DNA of 64,000 nucleotides, taken from assembly GCA_963753975.1 (NCBI GenBank), contig CAVWEH010000001.1, positions 128,001 through 192,000 of the forward strand. Reading direction: 5' to 3'. Position 1 is the first letter of the stretch; each line of letters opens with the position of its first letter. This document shows positions 38,154 to 47,867 of this stretch, in pieces. A model generated the notes under the pieces. The model was not told the DNA's origin and did not search any database. It was given only the letters and a program-made list of their open reading frames with translations. Source of the DNA: an uncultured delta proteobacterium (GTDB lineage: Bacteria; Desulfobacterota; Syntrophia; Syntrophales; Smithellaceae). The translations under genes were made by a program, and so were the position numbers.

Positions 38154-39953
38154 ATGTTCCTGCCGACTACTGCTTTAGAGTTAAAAAAATTAAAATGGGA
38201 TAAACTCGACATAATTCTTGTCACCGGCGATGCCTATATTGACAGCCCCTATATAGGAGTTGCCATTATCGGCCGGATTCTGTCGCATGCCGGGTATCGC
38301 GTAGGTATTATCGCCCAGCCGGATGTTAAAAGTGATGTTGATGTTCGCCGTCTGGGAGAGCCAGCACTGTTCTGGGGAATTACCGGCGGTTGTATGGATT
38401 CAATGATCGCCAACTACACGGCCATCAAGAAAAAAAGGCATGCCGATGATTTGACTGCCGGAGGAAAAAACATTCACCGTCCCGACCGCGCCGTTGTCGT
38501 GTATGCCAACCTGATTCGTCAGTATTTTAAAAATACTAGGCCACTGGTTTTGGGCGGCGTCGAGGCGAGTCTCCGCCGCGTTGCCCATTACGATTACTGG
38601 TCGGATTCCATCCGCCGCTCGATTTTATTTGATGCCCGCGCCGATATTCTTGTCTATGGCATGGCGGAAAAAGTCATACTGGAACTGGCACAAAAACTGA
38701 TGAGTGGAGAAGATACGAAAAATATCCGCGGCACTTGTTATATTGATTCTACTGCCGTACCCGGATACATTGAATTACCATCTTATGAAAAGGTTATCGC
38801 CGACAAAAGAGCTTTCATCCAAATGTTTAATTCATTTTACCGCAATAATGATCCGTCGACTGCCTGCGGTTTGTTTCAGCAGCACGGTTCCCGCTATCTG
38901 ATTCACAATCCGCCTCAACCTCATCTGACGGTTGAGGAATTGGATCAAATCTACGCTCTTGATTTCACGCGGGACGTCCACCCCTATTATAGTGAACAGG
39001 GGAAAGTTAGGGCTATGGATACAATTAAATTCTCACTGACAACACATCGCGGCTGCTATGGCGAATGCAATTTTTGTTCAATTGGCCTGCATGAAGGAAG
39101 AACGGTAATCAGCCGTAGCGACCAATCGATAATTAATGAGGCGCGCCAAATTGCCGCCCGCCCTGACTTTAGAGGCTATATTCCAGATGTGGGCGGGGCA
39201 ACAGCAAACATGTACGGGATCGACTGCCCGCGAAAAATGAGCCTAGGAGTCTGTGAGAATAAACGATGCCTTTACCCACAGGTCTGTACGTCCCTGAAGC
39301 CGGATCACAGCCGTCAGATCAATTTGCTTAGGAGTTTGCGCAAAATCAAAGGAGTAAAAAAAGTATTTGTTGCTTCCGGAATTCGCTATGATTTGCTGGA
39401 GGCCGATAAAAAACACTGCGATGCTTACCTGCAAGAGCTCGTTTTTCACCACGTCTCGGGCCAGTTAAAAGTTGCGCCGGAACACACTTCTCCCGGTGTC
39501 TTAAAACTGATGGGCAAGCCGCAGGCAAAGTCATTGACAAACTTCAAAGCGCTTTTTGAAAAAATTGATCACGGGTATGAACCACAAAGCAAGCCGCGAG
39601 GTACCACACCTTCCGCTACGCGGGATTGTTCGACTAAGCAATTTCCGCGCACTTCGTTACGGAAATTGCAGTTTCACAACAAGTCATCAGGGCAGAAACA
39701 ATTTCTTACTTATTACTTTATTGCTGCCCATCCGGGATGCGTCGAAGAAGATATGCGCGAACTAAAGGCTTTCGCCACCAGAGAACTGAAAATTAATCCG
39801 CAGCAGGTGCAAATATTTACGCCGCTTCCTTCCACTTATTCTGCTCTGATGTATTTTACCGGAATTGATCCAGCAACCGGCAGGAAGATTTTTGTGGAAA
39901 AGAATATCGCAAAAAAACAGAGACAGAAAGATATTGTTGTGGGAAGAAGTTAA
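38154..39953 (+). CDS. ygiQ: YgiQ (UPF0313) family radical SAM protein with a 37-aa repeat-derived insertion
   Basis: VTGDAYIDSP, RPDRA, GGVEASLRR, HRGCYGECNFC, SGIRYDL, LKVAPEH, YFIAAHPG, VQIFTPLP. Confidence 0.9.
   Translation: MFLPTTALELKKLKWDKLDIILVTGDAYIDSPYIGVAIIGRILSHAGYRVGIIAQPDVKSDVDVRRLGEPALFWGITGGCMDSMIANYTAIKKKRHADDLTAGGKNIHRPDRAVVVYANLIRQYFKNTRPLVLGGVEASLRRVAHYDYWSDSIRRSILFDARADILVYGMAEKVILELAQKLMSGEDTKNIRGTCYIDSTAVPGYIELPSYEKVIADKRAFIQMFNSFYRNNDPSTACGLFQQHGSRYLIHNPPQPHLTVEELDQIYALDFTRDVHPYYSEQGKVRAMDTIKFSLTTHRGCYGECNFCSIGLHEGRTVISRSDQSIINEARQIAARPDFRGYIPDVGGATANMYGIDCPRKMSLGVCENKRCLYPQVCTSLKPDHSRQINLLRSLRKIKGVKKVFVASGIRYDLLEADKKHCDAYLQELVFHHVSGQLKVAPEHTSPGVLKLMGKPQAKSLTNFKALFEKIDHGYEPQSKPRGTTPSATRDCSTKQFPRTSLRKLQFHNKSSGQKQFLTYYFIAAHPGCVEEDMRELKAFATRELKINPQQVQIFTPLPSTYSALMYFTGIDPATGRKIFVEKNIAKKQRQKDIVVGRS
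39567..39678 (+). repeat. Repeat family A copy inserted in-frame within ygiQ
   Basis: ATCACGGGTATGAACCACAAAGCAAGC...CCTTCCGCTACGCGGGATTGTTCGACT...GAAATTGCAGTTTCACA aligns end to end with the intergenic copy at 59539-59650. Confidence 0.85.
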
Positions 39954-40166
39954 TTAGAGACATCCCCAATATCTTCAAAGAGTCCACCTACAAACAAACG
40001 GAATCAAGGCAGTTAAAGTTTATTGATTACCAGTGGAAACATGCGATAATCACTCCCCGAATTCCGCGGCCCGTTTCTGATAGAGGGAGGGGGCAAAAAT
40101 GGTGGTGTTGCAGGAGAAGGCTGATGGGATCGATAGTCTTTACCGTCTCTTTGTTCTGAAACTGGA

Positions 40167-40460
40167 CTATACGTAAATCTCTTTATCAGGATGGGGAAGG
40201 ATCATCAGAATTAAGTATCCTGCTATAGCATACACGATAAGCGCGGCAAGGGTGACAAAATCAACCACGAAACCTGAAAATTTCAGGTCCGGATTGATTT
40301 TGGCAAATGGCGCTACAAGCAGCGCCGTGACACCATAAAGCCAGGCAACGAAAGGCGTACCTGCATTAACTACCAAAAACTTAAATACCAACCTGAAAGT
40401 TAAAAGTAGTTCGATAATGCCCACGACAATATTAATGAAAGCCCTTATAATTCTAAACAT
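40167..40460 (-). CDS. YggT family membrane protein
   Basis: LTFRLVFKFL...TPFVAWLYGVTALLVAPF. Confidence 0.75.
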   Translation of the reverse strand: MFRIIRAFINIVVGIIELLLTFRLVFKFLVVNAGTPFVAWLYGVTALLVAPFAKINPDLKFSGFVVDFVTLAALIVYAIAGYLILMILPHPDKEIYV

Positions 40461-40748
40461 AAATTTGTTTTAGTCCTGTTTTACTTAAGTTAATACAACT
40501 CCTTATGCTCTTTCGTATTCTATTGCTGAAAACATTTCTATTTTTGCTATTTGACTGTAAGTCTTCCGTGTAGTCAAAGTAAAAAAGTATTTTGTCAATG
40601 GCCAAACACAACTGTCCGGGTCAGGGTGATTGAAGCTGTAGATGTAGGAATGGAGATGAATCGATGATTTTGTCGTCAAACATCTCTAAATAACCTATTG
40701 ACTAAAGTAAACCAGATATTAAAATATTTTAAAAAGGAAATTATATAC

Positions 40749-40777
40749 TTGACTAATTTTTTATTGATATAGACAAT
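40749..40777 (+). promoter_or_regulatory. Candidate sigma70 promoter
   Basis: TTGACT, 17-bp spacer, GACAAT, upstream of ATG 40842. Confidence 0.45.
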
Positions 40778-40841
40778 TGCAAGAGTTTCTTTTAGATCAG
40801 AATATAAATAGCGGAACGCGAAGAGGAAGAGAGACCGGGCA

Positions 40842-43800
40842 ATGAAGGCACTGGGTTTATGCTTAGGAGCTTCTACCATATCTATTGTTGAGCTGATCAA
40901 TTCTGCGGGCAAACCGCAGATTATTAATTACTCGCTGAATCAGCACGAAGGTGATCCCAAGAGGGCACTTCTGGCAGCGCTGGCCAAATATGATTTAAAA
41001 TCTTTTTCCCGTATCGGCGCTACTGGTCGAAAATTTCGCAAATTTGTCAATTTATCATTCATTTCTGAACCGGAAGCTGTTGAATATGCTTATCGGTTTG
41101 TCAAACCCTCCAACGTTTCCTGCCCGGCAGTAGTATCCGCAGGTGGAGAAACTTTCGTCGTTTACAGAATGAACAAACTCGGCCAGATAGCCAATGTCCT
41201 TACCGGTAATAAATGCGCTTCCGGCACCGGCGAATTTTTTCTCCAACAATTGCGTCGTATGAATGTTTCTTTAGAAGAAGCTGCCACCTGGGCAGCCAGC
41301 GAACAACCCTACAATGTTTCCGGCCGGTGCTCCGTATTTTGCAAATCGGATTGCACTCACGCCACGAATAAGGGCATTTCCAAAGCCAAGGTTACTGCTG
41401 GGCTATGCAAGATGATGGCTAATAAAATTTTGGAATTACTGAAAAAAGTAGAGCGTAAAAACATTATGGTTACAGGCGGGGCTTCCAGTAACAAGATGAT
41501 GATTGAGTACCTCAGGCGGGAAATCCCCGGTCTGATTGTGCCGAGGGAGGCTCCTTTTTTTGAAGCTCTGGGCGCTGCGCTTTGGGCTTGTGAAAATGAA
41601 ACCATGATTGTTACGGATGCGGAAGATTTGTTTAAAACAGAAATTTCTTCTTTTGACACCCTTCCTCCTCTGGAGCAATTTCGGCAACAGGTTGAATTTA
41701 AAGCAATTGAAAAAGCCATCGTACGGGAGGGAGATGTTTGCCTCCTCGGCCTAGATGTCGGCTCCACGACAACAAAGGCTGTATTGATCAGGAAAAGAGA
41801 CAATGCCTTCCTGGCCGACGTTTATTTGCGCACCAATGGCGATCCAGTCGGCGCTGCACGGCTTTGTTATGAGAGCCTTTTTAAGCAAATCAAAAAACAT
41901 ATTGATCCCGCCCTAATAATCATTGAAGGATTGGGCGTTTGTGGCTCCGGCCGCCAAATTGCCGGTTTGCATGCCCTGACCGACGGCGTAATCAACGAGA
42001 TTATTGCCCATGCAGCAGCCGCGGTCTATTTTGATCCGGCTGTTGATACCATTTTTGAAATCGGCGGTCAGGACGCCAAATATACTTATCTGACTAATTC
42101 TGTCGCGTCCGATTATGCCATGAATGAAGCCTGCTCGGCGGGAACTGGTTCCTTTCTGGAAGAATCCGCTTACGAAACATTGGGCGTAAAAATGGAAGAT
42201 ATAGCGGTAATCGCCCTCCAGGGCAAAAAGCCGCCCAACTTCAACGATCAATGTGCGGCATTCATTTCCTCCGACATGAAAAATGCGATCCACGACGGTG
42301 TTGCCCGTGAAGACATTGTGGCAGGGCTGATTTACTCAATCTGTATGAATTATTCCAACCGCGTTAAAGCAAACAGGCAGGTAGGCCAGAAAGTTTTTAT
42401 GCAAGGCGGTGTTTGCTATAACGAAGCAATCCCTCTGGCCATGTCCGCCCTTACAGGCAAACCGATCATTGTGCCACCTGAACCCGGCTTAATGGGGGCC
42501 TTTGGTGTCGCCGTCGAAGTGAAAAAAAGGATTGAACTGGGGCTGATTGAAAAAGAAAAATTTGATTTGGCGGGGCTAATCAGTCGTGAGGTCAAATATG
42601 ATGAACCCTTTATTTGCAAAGGGGGCAAAGAACAGTGCGATCGTAAATGTTCTATCTCTATAATTGAGCTCGAAGGGAGGAAGTATCCCTTCGGCGGCGC
42701 CTGCAACAGATATTACAATATGCAACACAATATTAAATATGATGTTGCGACATTTGATCTGGTTAATTTGCGGCATAAATTGATTTTTGAACAATATGCA
42801 GCGAAGGAAGCAGTTGGAGCTATACGTGGTTCAGTTGGATTCAATCGCAGTTTCGTCGTCAATACATATTTTCCGCTCTATTCCACTTTTTTTACTCAGC
42901 TGGGATATGAGCCCATAATTTGTGATTCTTATAATCAGTCCGGCATCGATAAAAAAGATGCTAGTTTTTGCTATCCGGCCGAATTATCTCACGGCTTCTT
43001 TCATGCCTTGCTTAATCAGGGAAAGTATCTTGATTTTATTTTTTTACCGCATTTCAAAGCATTGCCCAATGCTGACAAAACTACGGATTCCCAGGTTTGT
43101 CCCTTTGTGCAGGGAGAAACATATTATCTGCAAAGCACGTTTCGAAAGGAAATCGACGAACAGAAAAACCGGGGAACGAAAATATTGGCGCCCCTGCTCG
43201 ATCTTTCGGAAGGGCTGGAAACCGCAGAAAAACCGTTGATAGAAATTGCCAGGCGAATGGGATTAAACTCCCGTAAAGCGGCGGAAGCTTTCCGGACGGC
43301 TCTGCATCAGCAACTGGCCTGCCAGTCGAAAATGGAGGAAATCGGAAAGCAAGAGTTGGCGAAATTGGAGGAAAATCCGGATCAGGTGGCAATCGTTATT
43401 CTCGGACGTGCTTACTCCGGTCTCGTGGAAGAGGCCAATAAAGGAATTCCTATGATGATTGCTTCCCGCGGCTATCGGGTTATTCCTCTGGATTTTTTGC
43501 CGCTGTATCATAGGCGAAATAAACGGTGCATGTATTGGGGTATGGGACAGCAGATAATGAAAGCGGCAAACCTGGTTCAGGAACATCCACAGCTTTTCGG
43601 AACTTATATAACCAATTTTTCCTGCGGCCCGGATTCGTTTATGATTGGTTATTTCCGTGAAATAATGGGGTGCAAACCCTCTTTGACTCTAGAGCTGGAC
43701 AGTCATACTGCCAATGCAGGTTTAGAAACAAGGATAGAAGCTTTTCTGGACATCGTTGCCGCTTACCGTCAGCTTGTTTGCCAGAAAAAGATTATTCCAC

Positions 43801-45161
43801 GGGTCAGCTCGTTTAGGGCGGCAAAAACAACTATGCACAATGGAATTCCTACGGTAGTGTCTTCGGCAAACAAATTAATATCGATGACCGATCCCCGAGT
43901 GACCCTGCTCTTCCCATCAATGAACTGGCCGGCTTCGGAAATGCTAGGCGCCGCTTTTCGCAGTAAACGGTTCCATGCTTTTGTCCACCCGCCTGCCGAC
44001 GAAAATATTTTAAAAATCGGCCGCGCTCATACTTCCTGTAAAGAATGTTTGCCGCTGATTTTAACGACCGGAACATTGATCAATTATATCCGCAATCTGA
44101 GAAAGTCCGATGAAATCGTAGTGTATTTTATGCCGACAGGTAGCGGTCCCTGCCGTTTCGGCCAATATTCCATCTTTATGGAAGATTTAATCAAGCGCTT
44201 GGAAGTTCCCAACGTGGCCGTCTTTTCATTGACATCAGAAAATTCGTACGCGGGAATGGATAGGTCTTTCAGGCTGAGTGCCTGGTGGGCAATTGTTATT
44301 TCGGATATTCTGGAAGATATTCGTTCGATGCTGCTTGCAAATGCAAAAAATCGAAATGAAGCGTCGGAAATATACCATGAGGAATGCCGCCTCTTAATTG
44401 ACAAATTGCAGAGTGGTGATTATCAGAGCCTGCAGAACCAATTGATGAATAGTGTTGATCATTTTGCCGCAATACCATTATTGCGGCCAGCCCCGGAAGT
44501 ACCGGTCATCGTAATGGTTGGTGAAATTTATTGCCGCCGAGACACCCTTTCTCGGCAAAACATTACGGAAAAACTGGCCGATAAAGGGTTTGCCGTGATT
44601 TGCTCACCGGTGGGAGAATGGGTGCTTTACGCTGATTATCTAGTAGAAAAAAACCTTGTCCGGCATCGACTCTCGTATCTGGAAAAATTGAAGTTGCTAT
44701 TGACAAAAAAATATATGGATCACTATACTCGACGATTGAGCTCGATTATGAGCAGGTCCGGTCTGGTAGCTTCCACTCCTGTGAATATTAAGGAAATTAT
44801 TCACAATGCCTCGTCATTTATTTCTCCCCATCTTACCGGCGAAGCAATTCTGACTGTCGGCAGTGCTTTGACTGAAGTGGGTAGGCACGCCTGCGGTGTC
44901 ATATCTGTCGGTCCCTTCGGCTGCATGCCAAATCGCTTGGCTGAAGCGATCCTGAATGAAACGATGAACAGTAAAACTAAGCTGGCCCTTGATTCGCAAA
45001 ATAAATATCTGAAAAAAGCCTTTGCCCATTTTGATGATTTACCTTTTTTGGCAATCGAGACTGATGGTTCGCCTTTCCCGCAAGTTATCCATGCCAACAT
45101 CGAAGCGTTTTGTTTACGCGCGAACCGTGTCCATGAGTATATGCAGGCCGCCCGCCATTAA
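40842..45161 (+). CDS. Fused acyl-CoA dehydratase activase/DUF2229 protein (PlsA/Ger-type ether-lipid synthase architecture)
   Basis: Two BcrAD/BadFG ATPase domains (NKCASGTG; GLDVGSTTTK, IGGQDAK, MNEACSAGTG), followed by FCYP, VCPF, NFSCGPD, ECLP, GPCRFGQY, PFGCMP. Confidence 0.8.
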   Translation: MKALGLCLGASTISIVELINSAGKPQIINYSLNQHEGDPKRALLAALAKYDLKSFSRIGATGRKFRKFVNLSFISEPEAVEYAYRFVKPSNVSCPAVVSAGGETFVVYRMNKLGQIANVLTGNKCASGTGEFFLQQLRRMNVSLEEAATWAASEQPYNVSGRCSVFCKSDCTHATNKGISKAKVTAGLCKMMANKILELLKKVERKNIMVTGGASSNKMMIEYLRREIPGLIVPREAPFFEALGAALWACENETMIVTDAEDLFKTEISSFDTLPPLEQFRQQVEFKAIEKAIVREGDVCLLGLDVGSTTTKAVLIRKRDNAFLADVYLRTNGDPVGAARLCYESLFKQIKKHIDPALIIIEGLGVCGSGRQIAGLHALTDGVINEIIAHAAAAVYFDPAVDTIFEIGGQDAKYTYLTNSVASDYAMNEACSAGTGSFLEESAYETLGVKMEDIAVIALQGKKPPNFNDQCAAFISSDMKNAIHDGVAREDIVAGLIYSICMNYSNRVKANRQVGQKVFMQGGVCYNEAIPLAMSALTGKPIIVPPEPGLMGAFGVAVEVKKRIELGLIEKEKFDLAGLISREVKYDEPFICKGGKEQCDRKCSISIIELEGRKYPFGGACNRYYNMQHNIKYDVATFDLVNLRHKLIFEQYAAKEAVGAIRGSVGFNRSFVVNTYFPLYSTFFTQLGYEPIICDSYNQSGIDKKDASFCYPAELSHGFFHALLNQGKYLDFIFLPHFKALPNADKTTDSQVCPFVQGETYYLQSTFRKEIDEQKNRGTKILAPLLDLSEGLETAEKPLIEIARRMGLNSRKAAEAFRTALHQQLACQSKMEEIGKQELAKLEENPDQVAIVILGRAYSGLVEEANKGIPMMIASRGYRVIPLDFLPLYHRRNKRCMYWGMGQQIMKAANLVQEHPQLFGTYITNFSCGPDSFMIGYFREIMGCKPSLTLELDSHTANAGLETRIEAFLDIVAAYRQLVCQKKIIPRVSSFRAAKTTMHNGIPTVVSSANKLISMTDPRVTLLFPSMNWPASEMLGAAFRSKRFHAFVHPPADENILKIGRAHTSCKECLPLILTTGTLINYIRNLRKSDEIVVYFMPTGSGPCRFGQYSIFMEDLIKRLEVPNVAVFSLTSENSYAGMDRSFRLSAWWAIVISDILEDIRSMLLANAKNRNEASEIYHEECRLLIDKLQSGDYQSLQNQLMNSVDHFAAIPLLRPAPEVPVIVMVGEIYCRRDTLSRQNITEKLADKGFAVICSPVGEWVLYADYLVEKNLVRHRLSYLEKLKLLLTKKYMDHYTRRLSSIMSRSGLVASTPVNIKEIIHNASSFISPHLTGEAILTVGSALTEVGRHACGVISVGPFGCMPNRLAEAILNETMNSKTKLALDSQNKYLKKAFAHFDDLPFLAIETDGSPFPQVIHANIEAFCLRANRVHEYMQAARH

Positions 45162-45446
45162 TAATTTCAATTTGAAGACTTTGCAAAAATGACTTATTCG
45201 CGCTGCCTGATAGATATTTGTCGGGCGTCAATTGTATTTATTACGGATTGAAGTCCCGCATGCTCGACAAGGATGACAATCTGTTTAGTTCAGGAAGAAG
45301 TCTTCATATAACTAGGAAGGGCAGCCATTACTATGAAGCGGCTTGGCCATACAATTTCGTTTGGAAGCTGCCGCCTGTTCGGCGCCACTCCCCGGAAGGG
45401 TAGAAAATTATTATTGCGCGCCCTTTGGTTGCGCACCCGGTCAAAG

Positions 45447-45712
45447 GATACCGAGACGGCAATGAAGCTCCAATTTCAAAAGCGAAGTGCATTGAAATTG
45501 GCAAGCTGAATTGTCCAGCTTAAGCTCTGGTAAGGAGGAGGTTCCGCAGGCGTATTTGACATACGTCGAGGATGCTGACGATCCGGCATACGCCGGACAG
45601 GCTCCGCCAACAAGGTTAGCCAAAGAACGGAAGCGCATCCCGAAGGAAAGCGCATAATGAACAAGCTGCCTTTCTTTACCGATAATCGCCACTTGTAAAG
45701 TGGTGATTACAA
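45447..45712 (-). repeat. Repeat family B copy (expanded; boundaries approximate)
   Basis: Minus strand contains TTCTTTGGCTAACCTTGTTGGC...CCTCGACGTATGTCAAATACGCCTGCGGAACCTCCTCCTT, matching 20964-21086. Confidence 0.7.
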
Positions 45713-45723
45713 GCATAATGGCA

Positions 45724-46068
45724 TTAAACCCGGCCGTATTTATCTTCCAGCCTTTCAATATCATCTTCGCCGAAATATTCGCCGGTTTGCACTTCAATAA
45801 TTACCAGATTTTCGGCAGATGAATTTTCTACACGGTGTTTAGCTCCTTTAGGAATGTCCAGCGTGCTGCCGACGCTTAAAGCAAAATTCTTGTCTTCCAC
45901 AATCGCGTTTCCCTTGCCGGAAACAATAAACCAATGTTCCGAACGCAACTTGTGAAGTTGCAAGCTCAAAACGCCGCCCGGCGCAACAACGATTCTTTTC
46001 ACTTTATGGTCCGGGGCATCGGATAATACTTCAAAATATCCCCAAGGTCGTTTATTATTCGCTTCCAT
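45724..46068 (-). CDS. Phosphomannose isomerase type II C-terminal cupin (stand-alone)
   Basis: RPWGYF, LSLQLHKLRSEHW, IEVQTGEYFGEDDIERLEDKYGR. Confidence 0.9.
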   Translation of the reverse strand: MEANNKRPWGYFEVLSDAPDHKVKRIVVAPGGVLSLQLHKLRSEHWFIVSGKGNAIVEDKNFALSVGSTLDIPKGAKHRVENSSAENLVIIEVQTGEYFGEDDIERLEDKYGRV

Positions 46069-46277
46069 TCGGTCAACTCTTTTTTTATTTTTCGTAACAC
46101 AAAATTAAGTGGATATAAAGATATCTTTAATATTTTTATGAACTCGCTTTAGCTGCCAATCTATGGTAATCAAATATGTTAACAAGCAGAAAGCAGAAGA
46201 TATTAATATATATCCATGATAGAAATTCAGATGCCGCGCTGGAAATCCCGCCATAAAATCTTGCAGGAAGTATTTTC

Positions 46278-46958
46278 ATGAATATCAACTATACTTTGAA
46301 AAGAAGCAGAAAAAGAAGAAAAACAATTTCTCTGCAAATCAGTAATAACTCGGAAGTTACTATTTGCGCGCCATACTTTACGCCCACCGGTGAAATCAAC
46401 CGTTTTGTCCAGGAAAAACAAAACTGGATTCAGAAAACGATACAAAAGCAAACCTCGCTACGCACTAAAGAAAAAAAATATGCTACCGGCGAATTATTTT
46501 ATTATTTAGGTGAAGCTTTTCCCCTAGAAGTCTTCTTTGAAGAAAGTGCCCGTAAAGGACTTATTTTTTGGCGTGATCGGTTCTATCTTAATTCCGTGGA
46601 TGCGGCAGTTGAGGGAATGCCTTTCTTTATTTCCTGGTATAAGAAAAAAGCCGGAGAATATTTAAGTGAACGTGTTGAGCTCTACGGCCGGAAGCTTTCC
46701 CTTCAGCCGCTGCAAGTGAAAATAACTTCGGCGGGCAAGCGCTGGGGGTCATGTTCGGAAGATAACAATTTATCCTTCAGCTTTCGGCTGATAATGGCGC
46801 CGCCGGCCGTGATTGATTATGTCGTTGTGCATGAACTCATGCATATCCGGGAAAAAAGTCATTCATCAAGATTTTGGAAATTAATAGAAGCGGTTATGCC
46901 GGAATATAAAATACATAGGCATTGGCTGAATGAAGAAAGCAGTAAATTTATTTTTTGA
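46278..46958 (+). CDS. YgjP/DUF45 zinc-dependent hydrolase family
   Basis: RWGSCS, DYVVVHELMH, HSSRFW. Confidence 0.88.
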   Translation: MNINYTLKRSRKRRKTISLQISNNSEVTICAPYFTPTGEINRFVQEKQNWIQKTIQKQTSLRTKEKKYATGELFYYLGEAFPLEVFFEESARKGLIFWRDRFYLNSVDAAVEGMPFFISWYKKKAGEYLSERVELYGRKLSLQPLQVKITSAGKRWGSCSEDNNLSFSFRLIMAPPAVIDYVVVHELMHIREKSHSSRFWKLIEAVMPEYKIHRHWLNEESSKFIF

Positions 46959-46991
46959 TTCCCTCAGAGAAAGGATTGGGTAGTATTTTTT

Positions 46992-47849
46992 ATGGAAAAA
47001 TTGGAAACAATCGATTTTCAGCATCGCGGACTTCTCATCGACAGCTTTAAGCAATTGAATTTGCCGATTTCCGATTATACTTTCGCTAATATTTATCTCT
47101 TCCGTAAAGTCAGCCATTATGAATTTCTGACAACGGATTGCGGCTTATTTATTTGCGGCAACAATAAACAGGGGCAGCGCTACGTAATGCCCTTGAACGA
47201 TCTGCGCAGTTGCGATATGCAGATATTCAGAGACGTTTTGATTAATCAGGGTTTTTTCTTCCCCATACCCGAAGAATGGCTCTCTTTTTTCCCCCCTGAT
47301 AAATTCGTCATAACCAGCGACGATAGCGAATCCGACTACATTTATCTTGCCGAAAAAATGGCTTCCTTCAAAGGGAAGCAATACACGCGTCATCGCAATC
47401 ACTTGAATCAGTTTTTTTCCTCATATCAGCCGCAGGCTCAATCTATTGGCGTAAATAATCTAGGCGACACGACGAATATTTTGCAACAATGGCAAAACGA
47501 AACCGGACTGGCGCTGGATAAAACGGACTTTGAACAGTGCAGCGAAGCTCTGCATAAATTTCCCGAGCTTGCTTTATGGGGCACAATTTATTACATTGAT
47601 AAAGAACCCGCCGGATTTATAATCGGTGAAGCGCTCAACACTGATACATTTTGTTTACACTTTGCCAAAGCGTCCAAGAAATACCACGGTATTTATGAAT
47701 TTATGTTTAACGATACAGCCAAAAAATTGCAGTTTCAATATAAATATCTCAATCTCGAAGAAGATATGGGTAATAAAAATTTACGGCGGACGAAAAGCTC
47801 TTATGGCCCGGAGATGCTTTTAAAAAAATACTGTATATACCTCAAATGA
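46992..47849 (+). CDS. DUF2156 (aminoacyl-transferase-like) protein
   Basis: SDYTFANIYLF, SDYIY, RNHLNQF, HFAKA, YLNLEEDMG...LRRTKSSYGP. Confidence 0.8.
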   Translation: MEKLETIDFQHRGLLIDSFKQLNLPISDYTFANIYLFRKVSHYEFLTTDCGLFICGNNKQGQRYVMPLNDLRSCDMQIFRDVLINQGFFFPIPEEWLSFFPPDKFVITSDDSESDYIYLAEKMASFKGKQYTRHRNHLNQFFSSYQPQAQSIGVNNLGDTTNILQQWQNETGLALDKTDFEQCSEALHKFPELALWGTIYYIDKEPAGFIIGEALNTDTFCLHFAKASKKYHGIYEFMFNDTAKKLQFQYKYLNLEEDMGNKNLRRTKSSYGPEMLLKKYCIYLK

Positions 47850-47867
47850 TATGAGAAATATTAATCG

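Noticed and set aside
45441..45797. ORFs 45441..45797 and 45476..45664
   Set aside because: They lie over a family B repeat and show no protein motifs.
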